Source of the DNA: Haplodiscus bocki
Lineage: Eukaryota
Length of the DNA: 64,000 nt
NCBI GenBank assembly: GCA_965655095.1
Contig: OZ296650.1
Coordinates: forward strand, 94,426,001 to 94,490,000
Direction: 5' to 3'
In this document: one piece after another, positions 41,779 through 53,393 of the stretch
How positions within the stretch are numbered: position 1 is the first letter of the stretch
How the letters are laid out: every line of letters starts with the position of its first letter
The notes under the pieces: generated by a model
The model's database searches: none
Seen by the model: only the letters and a program-made list of their open reading frames with translations
What the model was told of the DNA's origin: nothing
Position numbers and translations under genes: made by a program

Positions 41779-42003
41779 CTACTTCACATGGGTGGCGGCA
41801 GCGATTGAGAAAGTTCCCGACTTTTCACAGAACATGAGTGGCATTACTCCCAATCGACCTTTGAACCTGTTTTTCGTGACTTCAATATACTTCGAAGTAG
41901 TCACAGGACTGTTACTGGTTGGATTGGCTCCTGATCCATAGCCAGATCCTCTTTTGTAATTCTCAGAGCCGGCAGCAGAACGTGCAGCGGAAGATTTGGC
42001 AGC
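41779..42003 (-). CDS. TWNK: Twinkle terminal exon (arginine finger KNRF)
   Basis: Acceptor TTTGCAG|GCT; 'KYIEVTKNRFKGRLGVMPLMFCEKSGTFS'; stop TAG at 41779-41781. Confidence 0.88.
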   Translation of the reverse strand, partial: AAKSSAARSAAGSENYKRGSGYGSGANPTSNSPVTTSKYIEVTKNRFKGRLGVMPLMFCEKSGTFSIAAATHVK

Positions 42004-45000
42004 CTGCAAACACTGATGCTCATAAAATTTTTTCAGCAATAATTTAATATTCTAGTGTGGTTTTCGCAGTATATCTTAATTTTTATGGCAACAAAAGGAG
42101 GCATTGTTTTTGATCCAAAATTGTATCAACTTTTAAATGGAAAAGTTTCTATATAAAAAATGCAGTTTATCGGGGCAACTCGATAAAGAGTGTAAATGAA
42201 GCTTATTGAATGGAAGACGCCATAGAGATGATCTTGAGCAAATTCTGTAGCCTTCTTTAATGCAGCCTTTAGGTAATTTATCCTCTCTATTTGGTTGAAT
42301 CAATTTAATGTCCCATATATACAGAGGCAAAGCTGCGCTTCGCATAAATTTTGGAAGGGTATCGACTAATTGCCCAACGACGAAAACAGCTTAATTGAAT
42401 CTCGAGAAGTTTTCAATATAGCAATCTCGAGAAGTTTTCAATATAGCAAAATTTACAGAAATGTAAATTCGTGTAGAACAAATGAATTGGCATTTTCGCT
42501 TTTTCCAGAAGTACATTACAATGCGGGCTTCCAAATGAACACTTGATGGGGGCAGTCCAACCGGAGAAAAACAATTTTGGAGAAATAAGCACGTAAAAAC
42601 TTTTCCAACTACGAATAAGTCAAAATTTTTGATGTGTGAAGAATGATTAGTCTGAAACAGGAAATCCGTGCCTTTCCGTAGATTATCTACATTTCAAGCT
42701 CTCAAATGAGCACTAGAAAGCGACAATTCAATCAGTATTCTTCCAAAAAAACTTTGAACAGAAGCAAAATTTTCGATGTTCAAAATACACCTGGAGATAA
42801 TTTTCATGAAGAATATAAAATGGGACTTCATTCGTTCTCTGAAAATTTTTGATATTGAAGTTCTTTGAATAAATGCAGGATGAATTACACAGTCTGATTT
42901 ACAATTGTACACGAGAGTTTACAGTGAAAATATTATCAATTATTCGACACAATTAATGAAGTTATACAATTAGCTTCGCTGAATAGATCACTGCCCATCG
43001 GTTTATTATTTTCTGCCTCCATATTTTTATGGAAAAGAAAATCATTCAATGGCTGGCGCTGACCGTTTTGCTTTTTCTTTCAGCCGCGTTTTGCCAATTA
43101 TAAATTCTAACTTCTAATGACAATTTGTTGACTTCTAAGGAGATTTTGTTTACTTTTTTCATAAAGACCACCCAAAAAAACTTATTATCACCTGATTTGA
43201 TATTTTAAGGCAAACTTTGATAAATTTTTCGTCATTTTAAGGTTTGAATGACATTTTTAACATCTGTTCCCTAATTTGAAAGGCGGAATACATCCCGGAA
43301 ATTGTCAACATCGATTGTTTTTCCCACCAACGGGAACTGCTCACTTCATTCTCAAGCATATTTAACGGAAGACTTTACAAAAAAAATCTTTTCACCGAAG
43401 AACAAGAAATGGAAAAGGTAGCTGTTCAAAAAAGCAATCCTACTTACAATTGCTACAAATGGATTAAGTATTGCGCAAAAAGCAACCAAGGGTCGTCAAC
43501 AAAATATATAAGACAGTAGTCTGAATTTCAAAGTACATGTCAATTACTCCGGTAAAAGGTATGCAACACGGCACACGATTCACTTTTTGACTGAAAGGAT
43601 GGATTAGGTCATCCCTGCTACTAAATAGAGCGTCTAAGTCACGAGGAGTAGATTTACGGACGGATGGACGAAATGTGAGAAGTAGTTCCAAAGAAAAGAA
43701 GCAAGGAATGTTTCTAATTTCCTGAGAAAAGGAAAACAGCCGTATTGAAAGTTCACATAGCGAGTATAAAAAGCCAAAAACAACTATCTCTGCTGAATTA
43801 CAAATTTGCTAGAAAAAAAGAAGATTTGAATGAGTCAAAAAGGTAGGCTATCCAAATACTCGTCACTGATAAAAACGGTTTAACGAAGATCATAAGGAAA
43901 ACCAATTTGACTCTTAAAACGAAAGTTAGCACATATCCTTAAAAAATCAGAACAACACGATCTCCGCTGCTCTCTAGAAGCTCCAAACAGCAAGTAGTTG
44001 CATCAGTGCCGGTTAGAACCATTCTAATCAGTAGTCATGACGAAAAAGTTTTTACGTACGACACAAGAAAAAACCATTTCGCTTGTTGAAAAAGAAAGCA
44101 AAAAATTTCAGAATAGAGGTTCAAATCCCAGCATAACGACTATTTCTCACTATCTCCTACCATTGAATAGTTGAATCAGCATTGGAGGAGCCGAATCCGA
44201 GCAGCAGTAAAGAAAAAAAACGTAAATCGCAGGAAATTTTTTTTTGAATTTTTTCAAACTATTCCGCACTAGAACATCCGGCAGCAACATCCAGGCTCTC
44301 CTCACAAACATCAGAAATCAATTTGTCGAATCGGCCCTAGATGGTTTCAAAATGACCACCAAAAAGAATAATTTTCAGTGAGTAACGTAACTGAAACATC
44401 CTTGACTTTCCGAGAACAAAACAGGAAATTCAGCATTTAAAGTCAAAAAGACCAACTCCCAGCTGTTTGTCAGTAAACGAGGTACTTGAATCAGAACGGG
44501 AAAGACCCAAGTCAATTAGTAATCGCCAGCACAAACTTTTCACGAGAAAAAACTATAAAGACATTGTCCATTTTTTAAACATTTGAAAAATATTTTCAAA
44601 AAACATCAAAAAACCATGATGGAATAAATGTTTTGGACTCAGCAAAAGACACTTTTCATATATCCAAGGCATGACTTCTGCCAGAACAAAAAAAATTTTC
44701 AGGGCGTATTCCACAAAAAAACCTGAAAGCCCAACTTTGAGTTTTTTTGTTCGTGCAATCCTACAAGTTAATGGAAACAACTAACAACCACGCGAAGAAA
44801 ACATAATTGTTCTCCGGCAGAAGTGACTAGGAACAAAAACTCCAGAATTGACAGCAGTCTCAAGTTTTCCAGCAAATGCGCGTTTTGAATGATCCGGAAA
44901 AAAAGTGTCCCGTAGGCCGAGTAGACTTGCTTCGCTACGCTACGTAGGTCGAAAACAGAAGCGACGCTGAGCTTCATACATTTGCGCCGAAGATCATAAA

Positions 45001-48000
45001 CGGCATCAGCTAATTGCTCACTTGATTCCTCTAAAACTTTCGTAATAGCAAACTTTACCATAAAAACGTTTTCACAGGAAAAGAAAGGCAGAAAGAGCGG
45101 TTCAAAAAGAATTCTACCAACCACGACTCAAACTAGGCAGTGCATGGTCGGAATCCAACGAAAAGTCACCGAGAAAAACAAATTTGAAAAACGACGAAAG
45201 TAAACCATTCTCGAAATGAAATGAAAACATTGCGTGTGCAAATTATGAAACTTGTGGAATGGTCCGTGCCAGCTTTGTCGCAAATTTTCGACATTGCAGT
45301 TTTTCGACCGAGCACTAGATGGCCGCATCTAACCCGCTATCTTGGAGAAAAACATCGCAAACGGACGCAAGTAAAATTTTTCCGAGTCACAATTACACTA
45401 ACCAAAATGTTTCATTTGTAAAATGATAAAGTAATGAATATATGAAACGGGATGTGCATGCTTCTTTGCAGTTTGTCCAGGTATGGGGGTTTGAAATGAA
45501 CACCGGATGCCCTCAATCAAGCCGTCTACAAGAAAAATTACCTCGAACATAATCAAGATAATTCGTGTCAAAAGCTTGATAGAGGACATCTCTACTCCTC
45601 TACGGATTCTCTAAATAGGGCGCATTTGAATGGGCACTCGATGCCCGCAATTCAACAAATAGCCTTCGATAAAAAATTCGAAAAGATTCCATCATTTTTT
45701 TTGAAAGTCAAGGTAAGTCCTGTAAACAGTTTGAAGCCGGATATCCTTGCTTCTACAAACTCGCTTTCGCGCAGACTTTTAAATGAGCGCAAGATGGCTG
45801 CAATCGGACCAATAGAAAACTACTTTTCAAAAACGCAAATTGAAAAATTCGGATTTCAAACTAAAACTCAAGACATTTCGCGTGAAATACATGAAACGGC
45901 ACAAGCCTGGTACTCCGCAGATTCTGCATACTGCGGGCGTTCAAATGGGTTGTTATTACAGTCCAACAATTAGTCTTCGAGAACAATTTTGAGAAAACAC
46001 GCAAGTATTTTTTTCTAATTTCAAAATACGAGTCAAAGAATTTTGTGAGGCAGAAAAAACGGGACGCCCCTGGTTAATTACTCTATTCTCAGCCCTATTT
46101 GGCTGAACCCCTCCCCCTGCAATATTAGGCTGGAAAACAGGGCATGTAAACAATTTTGGAGGGAAAGTGAGACGACATGCACAACTTTCAAACGGAAAGC
46201 GAAACAGCATGGACAAAATCTCGGAACATATCAAAATTTCGGAATAAGTTCGAGTTTTAAACGACTAGAAAAAAATAAAAGCTGTCCCATCGACGGTAAT
46301 ATGCCTGCTCCACTCGCATCGCAAGTGTAATAAAATGAATGAACATCAGTGCCTGAAGAATGAGGATGTTGTCTGGAATTTGAGTGAGTGCCACTGTACC
46401 AGCAATCTCGTGATTGGATAGAATCCGACCGCCAGCTGCTCCACCTCCCGAGGAGGCTGCCCCTGCTCCACCTTGCCCACTGTACTGCTTACGGGGCTGG
46501 GCTAAGATAGTCATATGGATGTTGTAAGCTGACACGAACTGTTTCAACTTTCGCAACACTCTGTTCACACTCACTAATTCTTCTGCCGACGAAATGACCT
46601 GAATTATATCGTAAGTAGCGTTAAATTAATTCAATTTTGGTCCTATATTTCAGTCACATGAACATATTAAAATCATTATTCAGTCAATAAACATGAACTT
46701 CCAAAATGCGTAACTATTCAATACAGCATCGCAAAACATTTACCAGCACCCAAAATATCCACTCCTCCCCTCTATGCTTTCAAAATGTTACGGGACAAGT
46801 CTCAGAGATTTAACAAGCTTAATTAATAGAATTTTGAGTTTCGAGGAAAAAATTATTAATTTGTGAACAATTTAAGTTTTTTTGCACAAGGAAAAGAATG
46901 CTCTTACCTTATTGTCAAGAAGTTCGATCCCTTGCAAATACTGCAAGTGGTCAATGATAATGTGCCGCACTCCAAATTGCATGCACATCTTCTCAAATTC
47001 CAGCAAGATGTCTTTCAAAACAATATATCCACTGCAATTAGATATGAACATGGGAACATTAGTGATAGCATCTTTGAAAAAATCAAAATTATTGAGGTTC
47101 ACTTCTTGCAGAATGAGTTGCCTGCCCATCTTTAGAAGCGTGATTTTCGGTTGCATTTCAAGACTCACAAACGCAGTAGGCAAGTTGTTATGCAGACACA
47201 CATCAAGCGCAAGTTCAGTTGCAAAGGTAGTTTTACCTTGCCCCGTGTCGCCCGAAATCACCGTCATTTCACCCAGTCTTAATCCCCCCAGAAGTTCGTT
47301 CAAAATGTCAAATCTGTGGAAGGCGTAGCCAAGACTCGATCTCGGGTCAGCTAAAAAGCTTCTTGCGTCGTCGATTAATTCTTGGAAGTTGGAAGATAGA
47401 GAATTGACAGGAATGCTGTATTCGTTCAAAAGGTCCGTAAAGTCTTCAGCTGAAGTCAAACTTTTCAGAGCATCTAGAGGTGAGTTGAACTTACATCCCA
47501 TTTGAGAACTTATGTAGTAACAGCGATCTTGGCCCAAAACACGCGACACATGGTGAACAATTTGATAGTTGCTAGCCATGCTGGGCAGGAAAAAAACAAC
47601 TCGCTCATAGTGAGCTAACAGTGGTACAAATTGGTGAGGAAAAGAAAAATTGGAACAAGATTTGATAGAAATAGTTGTCACAGAAGAGGTTTGATAGATT
47701 GCACAAGCATTCAGAGCACCAGCAGTTATTATGAGGTAGCGATCATCAGGACCCAATTGTTCTTTCATCAGAAGTTGCTGCTGAACTTTGTCACCATTTG
47801 AGTCATGTTAAACCAGCGTATTATACATTTCAAATCAAAATTTCGCCGCCTAAACCAGTAAGCTCAAAAGTTTATGTTACTTGATTACGGCGAGAATTGT
47901 ATGAAACCCCCAAATTTAATAAAAAGAAGGACAAACAAGAAATTCGCTGCTTTTTAAGGCAATAAACTTGGTAATTCTATGGACAATACCAAATGAAAAA

Positions 48001-49289
48001 CATGTAAATTCTGTTTGGACACACATTATTTAGAGAAAAATATATTCACAAGAGAAAACTCTTGCTCTGCGCTATCAGTAATGAAAAATCAAATCGATTT
48101 TGTTGTAGAACATGTTTTTTTCTGGAAATTTTGGCGCGAAAACGTACTTGCAATGCATCTAAAGGTCCATTTCAATAAAATCGATCAAAATTAGAATTTA
48201 TTAACATGTGCAATACACTGTTGTGAGTTCCAGGAGATCCACAAGAAAGTTCTTCATGTCCAACAATGGCACCATTGGCGTCATTGTAAGTAAAATAGAT
48301 GGAAAAATTGTCATGGTTTGCGTAGCAATTAAAGTCTTCCAAGGTATCCAAAAACAGTTTGGAAGCTTTGTGGAACTGAAGAGTTCGTCTGAACTTGGTT
48401 GCATTTGAGTCATTTTTCTTGAACTTTCTCACATTTTGATCCGGAAACATTTTCGTAAAATATTTATCCGCGTTGTCTGCAATATTTTGTACACCGTCAT
48501 TTCCATTCTCTGCGATGGTCAATATAGATAGGTAATACTGAACTGAGCGTGTTTACTATCAATAATGGCAAAAATAACAACAAGCTATATTTTGGTTTTG
48601 AGTTCTATCAGTAATCATTTAACGGATGTACAATATTTCAGATCCATGATGAAACAATTTGTACATAAATTTCCACAAAAAACTCAGCGACTTCTGGTAT
48701 TATCAAAACCATTGTTGCACATTATATCACAATTATAGAATAATCCAAAACACTTTCTGAAGACTTATTTTAACCAGTTCAAATTTAAACAAATGCGCTA
48801 CGTATTGCGATAGCGATACTTTCATGTGCTTCACGGATATTTTTCAGTTTCAATTTTACCTATCCCTGATCCGAAAGGACAAAATTCGCGGTCGAAGTTG
48901 TCTATTAATTCGACCCGGTCACATTTTGCACAGTGAGAGTAGCCTGAAAAAGCATGAATAAATACCGAAGAATTCTGATGACAAGTGACGTTGAAGCACT
49001 GATTGAACTCGCTCTTGACCACGTGACTGAAATGAGTTTTAACTTTCGCCGTGATGTCATTCTGAGCTTCCGCCAATCGCTGTCTTTCGGCAATAAATGC
49101 TTGTGCTTGTTCTGATAACAAAGGGGGTAAACTTCTTGCGTCATCATTTCCAACTGCTTCCGACTGAGTTGCATCTGATATTTGGCCTTCATTTTCATTT
49201 GATGAAAATTGTCTGAGAGCTGTTCGATGATGCGACCCAATAATTCTTTTACAAATTTTCACAGACAAGCCACCAAAATTAATGCTCAT
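41779..49289 (-). CDS. TWNK: Twinkle mitochondrial DNA helicase (SF4), about 5 exons: 49289-48860, ~48509-48217, ~47780-46908, 46598-46353, 42003-41779
   Basis: N-terminal mitochondrial-targeting-like peptide and Cys-rich ZBD-like segment; degenerate TOPRIM; 'RFDILNELLGGLRLGEMTVISGDTGQGKTT' (Walker A), 'SLEM', 'HIIIDHLQY' (Walker B), 'QPRK', 'TQIPDNILILQ', 'YIEVTKNRFKGRLGVMPL'. Splice sites are phase-compatible. Exon 2 boundaries and the exon 3 acceptor are uncertain. Confidence 0.9.
44450..45600 (-). mobile_element. Possible decayed LINE RT fragment inside the last Twinkle intron
   Basis: 'VGRILFEPLFL...VKFAITK' loosely resembles PQGSILGPLLF...FADDTK. Confidence 0.3.
46353..46598 (-). CDS. 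TWNK: Twinkle exon (H3-H4 motifs)
   Basis: Acceptor AATTCAG|GTC; 246 nt, phase 0 at both ends, ending 'DNILILQ' at a probable GC donor. Confidence 0.85.
46908..47780 (-). CDS. TWNK: Twinkle exon (TOPRIM-like, linker, Walker A/B)
   Basis: ORF 46872..47768; donor AAG|GTAAGA at 46907. Confidence 0.92.
48860..49289 (-). CDS. TWNK: Twinkle exon 1 (targeting peptide plus ZBD-like region)
   Basis: ATG at 49289, just after the TTTTTAG acceptor; 'VTCHQNSSVFIHAFSGYSHCAKC'; donor G|GTAAAA at 48859. Confidence 0.75.
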
Positions 49290-49372
49290 CACACATGGTA
49301 CCTAAAAAGTCAAGACTTACAGGTGCACTCCAGAATTTCGCAATTGCAGAAGCGAAGACTTCAACGTTATTT

Positions 49373-49378
49373 TTTATT
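49373..49378 (-). terminator. Putative VPS36 polyadenylation signal AATAAA
   Basis: AATAAA ~70 nt after the VPS36 stop codon. Confidence 0.5.
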
Positions 49379-49447
49379 TGCACAAAACTAACAGGAATAT
49401 ATTTTTTCCTTAATTCAAATCTAAAATAAAGAAAAATAAAAAACAAT

Positions 49448-49785
49448 TCAGAGATTCATTAGAAATTTGTTGGGATAGAATTTGAGGCCTTCCACATTTT
49501 CGTCTCTGCAAAGTTTTCCTTTTTGTTCGCACAGCAACAGTCTTTCTTTGCCCAAAGTGACAGAGATGCCCAAACCTCGAGCTAGATCTTCTGCAGTGAT
49601 GCAAGGACAAGCTGTTGTGTCTTCCAACAAACTCAAAGTTTCTGCAATCACAGCCTCATCGCTCAATCCACTCAATTGGACCACAATTACGCCTGAATTG
49701 AATCTGCGGAAAAGCAATGGCAGTTTTAAAGCTTCAAATTGTTCACATGCAACCAAAATGTCGTCAGGAGATACCAAGTCGACAC
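49448..49785 (-). CDS. VPS36: ESCRT-II subunit VPS36/EAP45, last exon (winged helix)
   Basis: 'VDLVSPDDILVACEQFEALKLPLLFRRFNSGVIVVQL...TAEDLARGLGISVTLGKERLLLCEQKGKLCRDENVEGLKFYPNKF' matches the VPS36 C-terminus; acceptor TTTTAG| at 49786. Confidence 0.93.
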
Positions 49786-50281
49786 CTAAAATGTACTTCT
49801 GAACAAGTGAACATTTATCATGTTACCAGCAAGAAAGCACAATTAGTGTCGATGGACAAAGATACTGAGTTCGAGCTGAAGTCCAGGTTTAGGTCCAACA
49901 AAACCATTTCAACATCTAACTAACTAAAATTTCAAAGTGTGTCGAAACGAATTGCTACGAAGCACGAGGTGAGGAAAAGATTTCGAAAAGCCGACATAAG
50001 CAAAATTGACAAAACATTTCATGAAAATTCTTGTTACCACTCAACAGGATTTTAGGGGACGCTATCTCGATAATTCTGAAGAGTATAGAGCTTTCATGCA
50101 TTATTTTGATTTTAATCAATTATTATGGTAAGTCTCCGAATAAGAACTTCAGGTTATTAGAATTGCTGATTTATTGTCTTAATATTCTCTCAATAATCGA
50201 CAACAGATCAGCAATTCTAAGAGAATTTCATTAAATGCAAAGTTTAAACATTGGCTCAGCAATTGGTGCTAGTCAACAAAC

Positions 50282-50342
50282 CTCTTGCTCTATTGAAACG
50301 GCAGTACACATCTGCTAGCGCCATTGTGCTACCCGGTTCCTT
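50282..50342 (-). CDS. VPS36: VPS36 penultimate coding exon
   Basis: TTTCAG|AAG...AGAG|GTTTGT; 61 nt encoding 'KEPGSTMALADVYCRFNRARG' (cf. '[21 protein letters not shown]'); joins the last exon in phase 1. No further upstream coding exon recognised in the window. Confidence 0.9.
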
Positions 50343-52187
50343 CTGAAACACAAACGCAAATATTTGAATTCAAGCAAAAATTAAATCCAAAGAATCTTCG
50401 ATATTCAATTTGAAAAACTTACTTAACCAAAAGCTAGACTGAAAGTAACCAATCTAAAATTAACACTTCAAAACCTAGAAAAGACGTACATACGCTTTGT
50501 AAGCGCGAGAAAAAAAACGTTCATTTCACTGGAAAAAAGTACGCTGAGAACTATAAACAAACTTTACTAGTAAAAACGTATGCCTTTTAGTTCAGTGAAA
50601 ACAGTGTATTTTTTTGGGCAAACGTATTTCCAGAACAGTTAACTAACTGTAAAACAGGACTGAGCAATGGGTTCTGCATCGTCCTTCGAATCATTTGCAA
50701 ATGCATAAGGAAAGAAACATTGAGTAGTTTTCGCTATAATAGTAACACTATCGTCTGCGCCTTGAAGACAATATATTGTTGGGATTTTCTTTCCACATAA
50801 TCTTCAAAAAATACCCCTTCAAAAAAGCGACAAGATATTAGCACAGCTCATGTCACTCCCTGATTCATTTTCAAGTCCAGGCAGGCATCCAAGGAAGGTC
50901 ATTCATTAACATCTGGGCAAGGCGTCAATGGAGACAACGACAGAGTGAGTCATCACATGAATAATTGACTACACAGAACAACGCAGAAGGAGTATTGCAT
51001 CAAAACGTAGTGAACATAAAGAAATCAAATCAAACAATCAAACACCACGTGACCGAAGTAGTCATACATCCAAGGAAGGTCATCCATTAACTTTTAGGCG
51101 AGGTTTCATCGGAAACCGCGACACGGTAAATCATCACATGAAAAACAAACAGAAACAAAAGACGAACGCATAAGGAATTCCACATGAAAAACTACAGAGA
51201 AAAACTAAACGCAAAATGTGATCTACATCAAAAGGTAGCAAAGCCAACTCAAATGAAACATTCAAACCAAACAATTCAGCCATCCAAGGAACGTCAACGA
51301 TTAACGTCTTCAGGGCTCCCCATTGGAAACCACGAAAGCTTATTGGCATCAGAACATATAGAACATAGAGAAGTCAAATCAAACACCACGGAAACGAAAC
51401 ACTCAGACATCCAAGGAAGGTCATTCATTTACTTCTAGTTGAGGTTTCATCGGGAACGGCGACGGTCTAAGTCATCACATGAAAAACTACAGAGACCGAC
51501 GATTATGCAAAAAGGTTTCAGAAGCAAAACATTGCAAATATTTTTCAAATCAAACTATCAAAACGCACATTCCAGCGATCCAGGGACGAGCAGAGATCAA
51601 GAGGCCGCTAAAAAAGGCGAATTATCCAATAAAACAAGGCAAAATTTCTGAGAATTAGCTGCTTTTCCAGGAACCTTTGAAGTTTACGAAGTAAGAACCA
51701 CTGCACTTGAGAAAAGCAAATACAATAGCAACTTTCATTTCAATCAGGAACCTAACAGCTTCAAATCATAACGCAAACCGTTCCTCCGTAACCGATTGGA
51801 CGAAAGAAGAACCACCAAACACCAAAAACTTGGGTCAAAAAAATCTGTATAGAGGGCTTCCAAAGGCATCTGTCAAGAGGAGACTTGAAAACTCAGACAT
51901 CCAAGGTAGGTCATTCATTAACGTCTGCTTGAGGTTTCATTGGAAACCGCGACAGGGTGAGTCATCACATGAAAAAAAAACAGAGACCAATGAAACGCAA
52001 AAAGTGATCTACATCAGAAAGTAGCAAAGCTAATTCAAATAAAACTTTCAAATCAAACAATACAGCCATCCAAGGAACGGCTTCTACTAACGTCTTCAGG
52101 GCTTCCATTGGAAACCACGAAAGCTTATCAGCATTAGAACATATAGAACATAGAGAAGTCAAATCAAACACCACGGAAACGAAGCAT

Positions 52188-52263
52188 TCAGACATCCAAG
52201 GAAGGTCATTCATTAACATCTAGGCGAGGTTTTGCCGGAAACAGCGACGGTGTAAGTCATCAC
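52188..52263 (-). ncRNA. SNORD14: U14 snoRNA copy (box C to box D)
   Basis: GTGATGA...GTCGCTGTTTC...CCTTCCTTGGATGT-CTGA. Confidence 0.8.
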
Positions 52264-53317
52264 ATGAGAGACTACAGTGATCAACGATTATACAAAAAGG
52301 TTTCAGCAACGAAACATTGCAAATATATTTCAAATCAAACGATCAAAGCGCATATTCCAGCGATCCTCGGACGACTAGAGATCAGAAGGGAGCTAAAAAG
52401 TCAAAGGATACAACAAACCAAAAAACATCGTCTGAAAATTTCATGTTTTTTCCAGAACCCTAGAACTTCAAAACAGAAGACTCACTTCACAAATACTAAA
52501 ACAATAGCAACTTTCACTTCATTCAGCAACCTAACAGCTTCAAATCATAACGTAAACCGTTCCTTCGTAACCGATTGGACGAAAGAAGAACCACCAAACA
52601 CCAAAAACTTGGGTAAAACTGTATAGAGGGCTTCCAAAGGCATCTGTCAAGAGGAGACTTGAATACTCAGACATTCAAGGTAGGTCATTCATTAACGTCT
52701 GGGGGAGGTTTCATTGGAAACCGCGACCGGGTGAGTCATCACATGAAAAAAAAACAGACACCAACGAAACGCAAAAAGTGATCTACATCAGAAAGTAGCA
52801 AAGCTAATTCAAATGAAACATTCAAACCAAACAATTCAGCTTGACAAGGAAGGTCAACTACTAATGTCTTCAGGGCTCCCATTAGAAACCACGATAAAGC
52901 TTATTAGCATCAGTACGTAGCGAAAATATGGAAGTCAAATCAAACAATCAAACACCACGGAACCGAAGCACTCAGACACCCAAAGAAGGTCAGCCGATAA
53001 CTTCTAGGCGAAGTTTCATCGGAAACGGTGACACGGTAAGTCATCACATGAAAAACAAACAGAGACTAACGACGAATGCATAAGGAATTCCACATGATAA
53101 CCTACAGAGAAAAACGAAACGCAAAATGTGATCTACATCAAAAGGTAGCCGAGCCAATTCAATTGAAACATTCAAATCAAACAATTCAGCCATCAAAGGA
53201 AGAACGTAGTCTTCTACTTACGTCTTCAGAGTTTCCATTGAAAACCACGAAAGCTTATCAGCATCAGAACATATAGAAAATAGAGAAGTCAAATCAAACA
53301 CCACGGAAACGAAGCAT

Positions 53318-53393
53318 TCAGACATCCAAGGAAGGTCATTCACTAATTTCTAGGCGAGGTTTCATCGGAAACCGCGACAAGGTAAGTCATCAT
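53318..53393 (-). ncRNA. SNORD14: U14 snoRNA copy
   Basis: ATGATGA...GTCGCGGTTTC...CCTTCCTTGGATGT-CTGA, with CAT/ATG terminal stem. Confidence 0.88.
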
